Shown here: piece after piece, positions 1-7,905 of the stretch
Position numbering within the stretch: position 1 is the stretch's first letter
Layout: every line of letters starts with the position of its first letter
Notes under the pieces: model-generated
What the model was told of the DNA's origin: nothing
The model's input: the letters and a program-made list of their open reading frames with translations, nothing else
Databases searched by the model: none
Translations under genes and position numbers: made by a program
Source: Breznakia sp. PF5-3
Lineage (GTDB): Bacteria; Bacillota_I; Bacilli_A; Erysipelotrichales; Erysipelotrichaceae
Assembly (NCBI RefSeq): GCF_029504745.1
Contig: NZ_JAQFIQ010000026.1
Span: 1,565-33,564, forward strand
Direction of reading: 5' to 3'
Length of the DNA stretch: 32,000 bases

Positions 1-569
1 ATAATTGCTTTCCCTTTATCTGCTCCACCAACTTTCTCAATAGCTTTGGCTGTCGTTTCTGTAAACTCATCAATATTTGCACGCGTTCCAGGACCAGCAC
101 TCATTGAAGAAATACATGCAACGATTTCTGCATATTTTGCTCCAGCTACTCTAGAAACAGCATAAACGATTGGAATTGTTGCTTGCCCTCCACAAGTAAC
201 CAAATTTATATTCTGAGAATCTTTCTCCATCAACTTTTCTAAATTCACTGATGGAACCATATATGGTCCAACTGCTGCTGGAGTTAAATCAACAGCTATT
301 TTACCAGCTTCCTTCAACAAAGGTGCATGTTTCAAATGTGCTGCTGCACTTGTTGCATCAAATACGATTTGAATATCTTTTTCTTTCAAAACACCATTTA
401 CACCATCTGTTGTCGTTTGAATGCCCAATGATTTCGCCCTTTTGATCCCTTCGGATTCAACAATTCCTGCCATCATTGCCATTTCTAAATGTTCGCTACG
501 CAAGATCTTGTACATTAAATCGCTACCAATATTTCCTGGTCCGATTACTGCTACTTTAATTTTTTTCAT
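1..569 (-). CDS. mhpF: Acetaldehyde dehydrogenase (acetylating), MhpF/DmpF family; N-terminal part only, gene runs off the left edge
   Basis: Not in the ORF track because it is open at the window edge. My reverse-strand translation from ATG 569..567 reads [53 protein letters not shown]...[20 protein letters not shown]. It has an N-terminal GxGxxG Rossmann motif and the family-typical catalytic Cys context TCGGQATIP. It starts 9 nt after the hydratase stop. Confidence 0.85.
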   Translation of the reverse strand, partial: MKKIKVAVIGPGNIGSDLMYKILRSEHLEMAMMAGIVESEGIKRAKSLGIQTTTDGVNGVLKEKDIQIVFDATSAAAHLKHAPLLKEAGKIAVDLTPAAVGPYMVPSVNLEKLMEKDSQNINLVTCGGQATIPIVYAVSRVAGAKYAEIVACISSMSAGPGTRANIDEFTETTAKAIEKVGGADKGKAI

Positions 570-578
570 AATCTGCTG

Positions 579-1352
579 TTATTCAAAGCGACAAACAACA
601 CTACCTAAGGTTGTAAATTTAGCTTCAAATACGTCTCCTTTCACTGCTGGCAAAGCCGCAGAAAAGGCACCAGATAAAACAACTTCACCTTTCTTCAACG
701 GAATATTAAACTCTCCCATTTTATTCGCCAACCAAGCTACACAAAATGCAGGATCCCCTAAAACATCAACCCCACTGCCCTTGTTGACCAATTCATTATT
801 TTTATAAAACTCCATTTGTAGTTCCTTTAAATTACAAGCACTTGGTTCTAATCGAATCTTACCTAAGCAATATCCACCAAATGATGCATTATCAGCAACA
901 GTATCTACCAGTTTTATGTTCCAATCTGCAATACGGCTATCAACAATTTCAAGTGCAGCTTGTACATAATCTGTTTTTTCTAAGACTTCTTCTACTGTTA
1001 CATTAGGACCAATTAAATCTTCTTTCAATACAAATGCAACTTCACCTTCCACTTTTGGTTGAATAAATAAACTACTATCCACGTTTTCTTCAAAATATAC
1101 ATCTGAAAAAAGATGACCATAATCTGGTTCATTCACTTGGAACATGTTTTGCATCGCTAAAGAGGTTAAGCCAATTTTTTTACCTGAAATCACTCTACCT
1201 TCATCTACAAAATGATCAATATTTGTTAACTGTATACGATACGCATCAACAACATCGATGTCATAATTATCTGATAAAGGAGCAATCGCTTGTCTTTCTT
1301 TTTGTGCCTTATATAATTGCTCTGCCAAATTTTTATATAATTCCTTATTCAT
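579..1352 (-). CDS. mhpD: 2-oxopent-4-enoate (2-keto-4-pentenoate) hydratase, MhpD/DmpE/XylJ family
   Basis: 257 aa, FAH-fold hydratase-like sequence (ISGKKIGLTS, EGEVAFVL, GEVVLSGA). Lies between the hydrolase and acetaldehyde dehydrogenase genes as in mhp/dmp/xyl operons. The GGAG RBS overlaps the upstream stop. Confidence 0.85.
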   Translation of the reverse strand: MNKELYKNLAEQLYKAQKERQAIAPLSDNYDIDVVDAYRIQLTNIDHFVDEGRVISGKKIGLTSLAMQNMFQVNEPDYGHLFSDVYFEENVDSSLFIQPKVEGEVAFVLKEDLIGPNVTVEEVLEKTDYVQAALEIVDSRIADWNIKLVDTVADNASFGGYCLGKIRLEPSACNLKELQMEFYKNNELVNKGSGVDVLGDPAFCVAWLANKMGEFNIPLKKGEVVLSGAFSAALPAVKGDVFEAKFTTLGSVVCRFE

Positions 1353-1357
1353 AAGGA

Positions 1358-2176
1358 TTACTCCGCTAAGAAGTTTGCTACTAAAGTATTAAACTTACCT
1401 GCTTGTTCAATTTGTGTCCAATGTCCACAATGACCAAATACATGTAATTGAGCATCATCAATCAAATTGATTAACTTATAAGAATTCGAAATTGGAATAA
1501 CCATATCTTCACGTCCGTGAACGATCAATGTATGATGTTTAATTTTAGCAATTTCTTCATCTGGATAAGCCATAAAGTCTACCCATTCTTGTCTTGGTTC
1601 TGGGAACATTGCTGCAAACGATTCTTGAAATCCTGGTTCAATACTTGCTTCATAACGCATTTTTGCCAAATCATCTGTTGCAATCGATTTATCATATACG
1701 AATAAATTCAACATTTCTTTCATGTTTTCCACTGATGGTGTGTATCCCCAAACAGAATCTAGGCCTGGTGATATCTCAAAATTAACTCCCATTGCACCCA
1801 TTAGTACCATTCTACGAATACGGTGTGGATGTTCAATTGCCAACGCAATTGCTAATGCACCTCCAAAAGAATTTCCAACGATATCAGTTTGTTCAATTCC
1901 TAGTGCATCTAAAAAGTCAATCGCTTGTTGTACCCAAGTTTTCATATTTAACTCAATACCTTCAGGACGATCTGTATATCCAAAACCTACCATATCTGGT
2001 GCTAATACACGTGAATTTTTTGATAATTCTGGGATAACTAATCGCCAGTTTGCCCAGGCAGAAACACCTGGTCCTGAACCATGTGCCAATAGTAATGGGA
2101 AACCTTCCCCTTGGTCATGATAATTTGTGTTAAACGTTCCTGTTTTAATTGTTTTTGCTATTTCTGGTCTTGTCAT
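1358..2176 (-). CDS. dmpD: Meta-cleavage product hydrolase (2-hydroxymuconate-semialdehyde hydrolase type, alpha/beta hydrolase)
   Basis: 272 aa with HGSGPG oxyanion motif, GNSFGG nucleophile elbow and C-terminal GHCGHW histidine. Lies directly downstream of the extradiol dioxygenase. RBS is AGGAGGAAATT-ATG. Confidence 0.8.
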   Translation of the reverse strand: MTRPEIAKTIKTGTFNTNYHDQGEGFPLLLAHGSGPGVSAWANWRLVIPELSKNSRVLAPDMVGFGYTDRPEGIELNMKTWVQQAIDFLDALGIEQTDIVGNSFGGALAIALAIEHPHRIRRMVLMGAMGVNFEISPGLDSVWGYTPSVENMKEMLNLFVYDKSIATDDLAKMRYEASIEPGFQESFAAMFPEPRQEWVDFMAYPDEEIAKIKHHTLIVHGREDMVIPISNSYKLINLIDDAQLHVFGHCGHWTQIEQAGKFNTLVANFLAE

Positions 2177-2207
2177 AATTTCCTCCTATATATCCAAATA
2201 AGCAGAA

Positions 2208-2229
2208 GACAACAGTCTTCACTGTTGTC
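2208..2229 (-). other. Intercistronic perfect 9-bp stem-loop between the dioxygenase and hydrolase genes
   Basis: gacaacagt-cttc-actgttgtc. On the minus strand it is followed by a moderately U-rich stretch (ttctgcttattt). It lies inside the 67-nt gap 2177..2243. Confidence 0.5.
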
Positions 2230-2243
2230 CGATCTGGCTTATT

Positions 2244-3179
2244 TTAAGTAATTACCTCTAAGTAATTTTCTTTCAGCTTACGATCATAATAGAAGATTCC
2301 TTTTCCTAATTGATCGAAATCCCATACACGGACCGGCATATCTGGATAGTATGCATATCCACCTGCAAATAATTCACAGCGGTTTCCTGATGGATCAAAG
2401 AAGTATAATGTATATCCTCTTGTAATCCCATGACGCATAGGTCCAGCATCAATCATAACATTATTAATTGTTAAGATATCAGCAGCACGTCCTACTTCTG
2501 TCCATGAATTCAACTTAAATGCTAAGTGGTGAATCTTCCCTGGTTGGTCAAATTCCAACACTGCCACATCATGTGGACGATTAGAACCTGTTAACCAAGT
2601 ACAAGCATCACCTTCACCATCTGGTGTTTTAGCAACCTCTGCTACACCTAATCCTAGGACTTCTTTCATATAACGAACTGCTTCTGCTGAATTTGGTCCA
2701 AACAACAATGCGTGGTCTACCATCGTAGCTCCACAACCTTTTGGTTGTTTTCCTCCTGGCCAAATATCTGGATTATGTAAATCTGGATGATTTTCTGCCA
2801 TTTCTACTTCAGCAAACAAGTCGATCCTATGTCCTGTTGGTAGTTGAACAGCAAGACGTTTTCCATAACCTGGTTGATCAGTATTTGCTGCGATTACCTC
2901 ATAAGGTAATCCAAATTCTTTTGTTTTCTCTTCAATTTCATTTAAAGCATCTGGACAAGATACTTTAAAAGCTAAAAAGTCTAAGCCTGGCTTATCAGCC
3001 AATCGCAAAGTGAATGTATGATGATCGAATTCATCATATCCTTTCATACACACTTTTCCATCTGTTGTTCTACACACTTCTTCTAAACCTAAGATATCGC
3101 GATAGAACTTCACTGAGTCTTCCATATTTAAAACTCTGATTTGCATCATCGATGCACGTAATACACCTTTAATTGCCAT
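2244..3179 (-). CDS. xylE: Catechol 2,3-dioxygenase (type I extradiol dioxygenase, XylE-like)
   Basis: Collinear resemblance to XylE as I remember it: GVLRASMMQIRVLNM, then the Fe ligand contexts VDHALLF, IHHLAFK and YFFDPSGNRCELF, and a C-terminal DQLGKGIFYYDRKL. I moved the start to M22 of the track ORF (ATG 3179) because an AGGAG RBS sits 7 nt upstream and the extension would overlap the ferredoxin gene. Confidence 0.9.
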   Translation of the reverse strand: MAIKGVLRASMMQIRVLNMEDSVKFYRDILGLEEVCRTTDGKVCMKGYDEFDHHTFTLRLADKPGLDFLAFKVSCPDALNEIEEKTKEFGLPYEVIAANTDQPGYGKRLAVQLPTGHRIDLFAEVEMAENHPDLHNPDIWPGGKQPKGCGATMVDHALLFGPNSAEAVRYMKEVLGLGVAEVAKTPDGEGDACTWLTGSNRPHDVAVLEFDQPGKIHHLAFKLNSWTEVGRAADILTINNVMIDAGPMRHGITRGYTLYFFDPSGNRCELFAGGYAYYPDMPVRVWDFDQLGKGIFYYDRKLKENYLEVIT

Positions 3180-3201
3180 TTTTCGTTCTCCTATTAATTT
3201 T

Positions 3202-3477
3202 CTATAGAATCGATATTTCCATATTGCTTCGTGGTTGTACACAACAAGCTAATAATTTATCATCCGACTCCTTATTAATATGCTCCTTACTCATTCTACG
3301 TATGATTTCATACACTCCTTTTTCCACTCGAATTAAACAACGTCCACATCCTCCACCAAAACAACCGAAGACAATGTCTTGCATATTATTTCGATATAAA
3401 GCATTTAATAACGTTTCATCTTCATAACATGAGATATTCGTTTTTTCTTTTATCGAAATAACATATTGCTTTCTCAT
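3202..3477 (-). CDS. xylT: Plant-type [2Fe-2S] ferredoxin, XylT/DmpQ-like
   Basis: 91 aa with C39-x4-C44-x2-C47 and C78/C79 (spacing of about 30), the plant-type 2Fe-2S pattern. Lies immediately upstream of the catechol 2,3-dioxygenase, as xylT and dmpQ do. Confidence 0.7.
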   Translation of the reverse strand: MRKQYVISIKEKTNISCYEDETLLNALYRNNMQDIVFGCFGGGCGRCLIRVEKGVYEIIRRMSKEHINKESDDKLLACCVQPRSNMEISIL

Positions 3478-4256
3478 TTTCGATATCCTAATTTCCTTGA
3501 AATTTCTTGGCTTGCAGTTAATAGTAAATCCCGATAATGGTCAATTACTTCATCTTTCATTCGTGAAAGGGGACCAGAAATACTCAAAGAAAAGATAACG
3601 CGATGATTGTGATCAAAAATTGGTGCAGCCACACAACGTAATCCATCTAAGAATTCTTGATTGTCGTATGCATAACCTAATGTTTTGATTTTATTCAATT
3701 CTCTTTTTATGCCTTCTTCGTCTATAATCGTGTGTTCTGTGTATTTTGTTAATTCATAGGAATTCAAAATGTTATGGATTTCTTTCTCATTACTGAATGC
3801 CAATAACACTTTCCCAACACCTGTACAGTGCAAAGGTAGTTTTGCCCCTGGAGCGGTTGCAATGCGTATGGAACTATTTGCTTCTTGCTTATCCACATAC
3901 AGCACTTCACCATTACTTAACATTGCTAAATGTATTGTTTCTCCAGTTTCTTCAACTAACTTCTCCATATAAGGTTTTGCTATTGCTTTTTCATTCCATG
4001 TATTTGCTATCTGACTTCCAAGTTCAAACAATTGAACACCAAGTTTATATTTCCCAGTGTTTTGATCCTGCTCTAAATAGCGAATATTCACTAAGGTTGA
4101 CAACAAACCATGTAACGTACTTTTTGCAATACCCAAACGCTCCGATAGTTCACTCAAAGACAACGAGGAACGTTCAAATGCAATAACATCAATAATCTTG
4201 CTTGCTTTCACAATAGATTTGATATTATTTTTACCTTCAATAGTTTCCTTCATCAT
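3474..4256 (-). CDS. IclR-family transcriptional regulator (MhpR-like position)
   Basis: N-terminal winged HTH (LSLSELSERLGIAKSTLHGLLSTL) plus a C-terminal IclR effector domain, 261 aa from ATGATG at 4256. GAGGAGG RBS directly upstream. The longer track ORF (to 4421) runs through a terminator and a promoter. The stop overlaps the ferredoxin start (ATGA at 3474..3477). Confidence 0.85.
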   Translation of the reverse strand: MMKETIEGKNNIKSIVKASKIIDVIAFERSSLSLSELSERLGIAKSTLHGLLSTLVNIRYLEQDQNTGKYKLGVQLFELGSQIANTWNEKAIAKPYMEKLVEETGETIHLAMLSNGEVLYVDKQEANSSIRIATAPGAKLPLHCTGVGKVLLAFSNEKEIHNILNSYELTKYTEHTIIDEEGIKRELNKIKTLGYAYDNQEFLDGLRCVAAPIFDHNHRVIFSLSISGPLSRMKDEVIDHYRDLLLTASQEISRKLGYRK

Positions 4257-4281
4257 CAACCTCCTCTCAAAACCTAATTTC

Positions 4282-4295
4282 AGAATTGCAATTCT
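4282..4295. promoter_or_regulatory. Perfect 14-bp palindrome AGAATTGCAATTCT between the -10 box and the RBS of the IclR gene (candidate operator)
   Basis: The sequence is its own reverse complement. It lies about +3..+16 relative to the predicted promoter. Confidence 0.5.
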
Positions 4296-4304
4296 TACAA
4301 TTAC

Positions 4305-4333
4305 ATTATATTGAAAGCGTTTCCAAATGTATA
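4305..4333 (-). promoter_or_regulatory. Sigma-A-type promoter of the IclR/meta-cleavage operon
   Basis: On the minus strand: TATACA, 17 nt, TATAAT (-35 at 4333..4328, -10 at 4310..4305). Confidence 0.5.
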
Positions 4334-4350
4334 TGCTTTTTTCATATTTT

Positions 4351-4363
4351 CGAATACTATTCG
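4351..4363. promoter_or_regulatory. Second palindrome CGAATA-c/g-TATTCG upstream of the -35 box
   Basis: 13-bp perfect palindrome. It shares the GAAT..ATTC core with the 4282..4295 palindrome. Confidence 0.35.
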
Positions 4364-4392
4364 TCATTGCCGAATAAGGTGATGCATTCATA

Positions 4393-4427
4393 TAAAAAAA
4401 GCAGTAAATTACTGCTTTCATTTTTTA
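4393..4427. terminator. Bidirectional intrinsic terminator (ends the SUKH operon on the minus strand)
   Basis: aaaaaaagcagtaaattactgctttcatttttt: a GC-containing stem agcagta/tactgct flanked by an A-run and a T-run. Confidence 0.7.
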
Positions 4428-4443
4428 CTATATTTACCCTTAT

Positions 4444-5004
4444 CTATTTTTGATTAAGTGCATCATTTATCATGGTAAGTGATGTTTTAAGAACTTCAGA
4501 AATATCTTCTGCCACAAAACAAACTTCTTTACTAGCAAAGCGATATTCTAAAATTTGGCCAACATTACCATTTTTAGATGGTATAAAATCAAGCATTAAA
4601 AAGGATGCATTATCATATGTTGCAAAAGGAAACCACTTCTTATTTGCACTATATGCTTGAATTTCTTTATCTTTCGGTTTTGAATTTGATGGGATATCTT
4701 CATTTTGAATATGCATCTTCAATTCTACAATTCCCGCCAACGGTAACAAACGATATCCTTGCTTTTCTTGAATACTGAAAATTTCTAATACCCCACTACC
4801 ATTCTTATATTTATATATTTCTTCCATTGCCTTTGGTAGTTTAATATCAAAAAGTTCTTCAAAATCATGCAATTCAATTTCATCTACACCACCAATCCGC
4901 ATATAAGCCTGTAAAATTTGAGAATCAAGTTCTTCTCCATTTACAACTTTTCCTTTTACAAAATACAATTGTTCAATATCTCTAATTATCTGTATATTTT
5001 CCAT
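4444..5004 (-). CDS. SMI1/KNR4 (SUKH-1 superfamily) protein
   Basis: 186 aa. Typical SUKH features: FEELFDIKLPKAMEEIYKYKNG near the N-terminal third and WFPFATYDNASFLMLDF...GQILEY near the C-terminus. No signal peptide. The TAGGAG RBS overlaps the upstream stop. Confidence 0.7.
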   Translation of the reverse strand: MENIQIIRDIEQLYFVKGKVVNGEELDSQILQAYMRIGGVDEIELHDFEELFDIKLPKAMEEIYKYKNGSGVLEIFSIQEKQGYRLLPLAGIVELKMHIQNEDIPSNSKPKDKEIQAYSANKKWFPFATYDNASFLMLDFIPSKNGNVGQILEYRFASKEVCFVAEDISEVLKTSLTMINDALNQK

Positions 5005-5013
5005 TTCATACTC

Positions 5014-7215
5014 CTATATAGCAATAATTGTTAATACTCCATTCAACCAATGATATTGAATCGAACGATTTATTGAGTTAAAAACCTGATTTGCAATTGC
5101 TTCAACCCTTTCAGGTGTAATCGTTTCAGGAAGTTTTAAAGTAGCTGTATTGGATGTTCCTAGCATACTAATAAATCGACTACTTGCCTCATTCTCGTTT
5201 ACATAGAGTCCATGATAACGATAGTATTCATACTTATCATCATTCGCTTTATAATCATCTAAATTATCATCTAATAAAAAGTATTCATCTTCTGTATAAA
5301 TTTTTTCTCCAATTGCATCGGATAGTAATAAAACAGAATTGGTAGCAGCATCCCCATCATTGGTTGTAACATCCACAATATACCACTGTCCTCCAATATT
5401 TACTCGGTTCCAAGCATGACGAATATCTGGATCAGCATTCATATGCCCACTAATTGAAATACATTCCAACCCAGCTGCTTCACAAAGCAATTGAAATGCT
5501 GTAGAATACCCCTCACAAACTGCTATTTTATTAATTAATATCCCATACGCAGTATTAGAATCATAATATGCTTCTCCCAATTTTCCAGTAGTTTTGATAA
5601 CATCAGCCGCTGCCGTATCATAAACAGCTTGATTACATATGTAATCATTGATTGCATATACTTTCTCTTCATCCTTCATCCCTGGTTTAATAATCTCACT
5701 TGACACTTGTTTTACAGCATCACGAATCGCCTGTTGCTTTTGCTTACGTGTTTGCGGATCGTACAAATAATGTACATATATCTCTTTACTACTAAAATAA
5801 ACATCATATTCTTTCACTTGCATAATCATTGGATTTTGATTAATTATTTGTTGTAATAAATCATGCAAATAAAACATATCTACATCGCTATTATAATATG
5901 CTGAAAAATCAATTATATGTGCTCCATCTATCATATTTTTAGCGATATACTCTTCCAACTCTGAAGTTGAAAACACCTTATCCTTAACATCTGGCATAGT
6001 ACTTGATTTCACTGCATTAGCAGCTACTGTCTTTTTACTCTTATATGTATATTCTTTATTATCTAATGCTTTATAGTCTTTGTTTATTTTCTTTACTTGT
6101 TTTTTTAATTGCTCCTCATAAGCTTTCTCATCATATGTACTTACGATGAATTCGTCTTTTAACGCAGAATTATCTATCGTATAAGGAACATGCAATTTAG
6201 CACTTTCAACATATACATCTTTTGCATTAATCTTTGGTTTTTGATATACCGTATTCCCATCACAAGCACTTACAATCACTGTACTAGGAATTGATTCAAT
6301 AGACGCTACCTCTTTTTTATAATTCGTTTCCGTTTGCGCATACGTTGCAAAAGCACATACTTCTTCCTTTGCATCATATTCTTTTGGCCATCCCATAGTA
6401 GATATGTTTTTATCGTCCATTGCAACAATTGCATAACGAACACCTGCATATCCAATCACATCATCATTTTCCCACCAATACGAATCTTCAAGACGATATT
6501 GTTCATCTTCAGAAACTTTGTAGGAACCTAATACTTCATCTGCTCCTAAGACATACTTTGTTTTCTTAGTAGTAGCTAGTTCTTCTGCTTCACTTTCTCC
6601 AGCATCCGTAATACTTAACTTAACAAGCGCATATTTTTTAGCACCACTAACCTCATCCCATGACAACTTTACTTTCCCATCTTTTTGATATGAAAGTTTC
6701 ACTTCTGGTGTTTCTATATCTCGTTCGATTGTAAAGGAAGTAACTTCTTTTTGCTTCAATGCTTTTCCTGTATCCAAATCCATATTTTGCACTAAAAAGT
6801 ATTCTGGATAAATCCCCCAGTCTTCTTCATTACTCACATCAAATGTTTTTCCATCACTTTCTATTCGTTGTCTTTCTTCTGGTTCAATCAGTAGCTTTTT
6901 TTCTTTCTTATCATAATAGATATCTACTTTAAATCTTTCATCCAATTGTGAATTTACATATACAGTGAATACATCCTTAGCTTTGATATCTTTCTTCTTC
7001 AAGGCTTTTGCCATATCTCCGCTAACTTCATATTCAAATACATGATCTTTATCCAAATCCGATAATGTCTCTACATATTTAACATCTTCTCTTTGTTCAT
7101 AATATTCTTTCAAACTCTCTTCTATATTCGAACCCGAACCACATGCACTTACTATAATTAATAAGCTACATAAGAAGAGTACTCCCAATTGTTTTATTCT
7201 TTTATTCATCTTCAT
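5014..7215 (-). CDS. Large lipoprotein with C-terminal transglutaminase-like cysteine-protease core
   Basis: Signal peptide plus lipobox (LLIIVSAC-GSGS) starting at M35/M37 of the track ORF (ATG 7215 or 7209; GGAGGG RBS). An FN3-like segment (KVKLSWDEVSGAKKYALVKL). C-terminal Cys-His-Asp core: VCEGYSTAFQLL, IRHAWNRV, WYIVDVT. Confidence 0.75.
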   Translation of the reverse strand: MKMNKRIKQLGVLFLCSLLIIVSACGSGSNIEESLKEYYEQREDVKYVETLSDLDKDHVFEYEVSGDMAKALKKKDIKAKDVFTVYVNSQLDERFKVDIYYDKKEKKLLIEPEERQRIESDGKTFDVSNEEDWGIYPEYFLVQNMDLDTGKALKQKEVTSFTIERDIETPEVKLSYQKDGKVKLSWDEVSGAKKYALVKLSITDAGESEAEELATTKKTKYVLGADEVLGSYKVSEDEQYRLEDSYWWENDDVIGYAGVRYAIVAMDDKNISTMGWPKEYDAKEEVCAFATYAQTETNYKKEVASIESIPSTVIVSACDGNTVYQKPKINAKDVYVESAKLHVPYTIDNSALKDEFIVSTYDEKAYEEQLKKQVKKINKDYKALDNKEYTYKSKKTVAANAVKSSTMPDVKDKVFSTSELEEYIAKNMIDGAHIIDFSAYYNSDVDMFYLHDLLQQIINQNPMIMQVKEYDVYFSSKEIYVHYLYDPQTRKQKQQAIRDAVKQVSSEIIKPGMKDEEKVYAINDYICNQAVYDTAAADVIKTTGKLGEAYYDSNTAYGILINKIAVCEGYSTAFQLLCEAAGLECISISGHMNADPDIRHAWNRVNIGGQWYIVDVTTNDGDAATNSVLLLSDAIGEKIYTEDEYFLLDDNLDDYKANDDKYEYYRYHGLYVNENEASSRFISMLGTSNTATLKLPETITPERVEAIANQVFNSINRSIQYHWLNGVLTIIAI

Positions 7216-7786
7216 GTCCCTCCAATACCATAAGTAATTCTTGATCATTATATTCTGAAAGTATGTATACGCGTTTAAATGCAGAAGCAGTAATTGCTTT
7301 TTGTAAGTTATAATCATTACTCAATAATTTAAAGAACCGTACATCTGCATATTTAAAGTATCTTTCACAATCTTCAATCACTAACTCTAGATAAACTAGG
7401 TCTTCATAGTAATTTAAGCTTTTTCTTGTTTTATCCTCAATGATTTGAATAATTTTATTTTTATATTCTTCAAACCCTGGAATATCAGAAGATACTTCTT
7501 CTACCGAAAACAAAACCCATGATGAAGTATTTGGCAAGCGAGTATATACTTTTAAAAACTCATTTTCAACACTTAGGTTTACTGATTTTTCCAGTTGCAT
7601 ATGTTTATTAAAATGCTTTGCTCGCTCTTGGCTTATATATAATTCTGTAATTTCTACACCAAATTTATCTACCCCATCTTTTTCGCATAATAAAAAATCA
7701 GGACGTTCATCTGGGATAATAGAATACTCCTCATCCTGATAAATTTTATTCAATATTTCTTTCTCTCGATGCTTCTTCTTATCCAT
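7202..7786 (-). CDS. Hypothetical cytoplasmic protein, possible PD-(D/E)xK-like fold
   Basis: 194 aa, highly charged, with no signal peptide. Segment ERPDFLLCEKDGVDKFGVEITELY resembles a PD...ExK-type core, but the Lys is replaced by Thr. The 3' end overlaps the lipoprotein start by 8-14 nt. Confidence 0.55.
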   Translation of the reverse strand: MDKKKHREKEILNKIYQDEEYSIIPDERPDFLLCEKDGVDKFGVEITELYISQERAKHFNKHMQLEKSVNLSVENEFLKVYTRLPNTSSWVLFSVEEVSSDIPGFEEYKNKIIQIIEDKTRKSLNYYEDLVYLELVIEDCERYFKYADVRFFKLLSNDYNLQKAITASAFKRVYILSEYNDQELLMVLEGHEDE

Positions 7787-7905
7787 ACGTTACTTTCCTG
7801 TTCTATTATAGCATAAATGATTTTTCTTTTTAGAAAATATATTTGTATTCTTAAAATATCTATACTATTATGAAAGTATATTGTGTCTAAAGGGGAACCA
7901 TCTTT

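Noticed and set aside
421-807. 128-aa plus-strand ORF, together with similar ORFs at 251..445, 1517..1705, 1594..1785, 1722..2120, 1792..2037, 2741..2968, 3173..3427, 3769..3972 and 3797..4186
   Set aside because: All lie antisense to well-supported meta-cleavage and IclR genes. They have low-complexity, Leu/Ile/Phe-rich translations and no RBS. They are typical shadow ORFs of AT-rich DNA.
4257-4421. N-terminal extensions of track ORFs: IclR to 4421, dioxygenase to 3242, lipoprotein to 7317, DUF1307 lipoprotein to 16613, gpmA from 16714, ltaE to 20410, ABC-F to 23177, histidine phosphatase to 27638
   Set aside because: In each case an internal ATG is preceded by a strong GGAGG-type RBS and begins the conserved domain or signal peptide. 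The extensions run through promoters, terminators or neighbouring genes.
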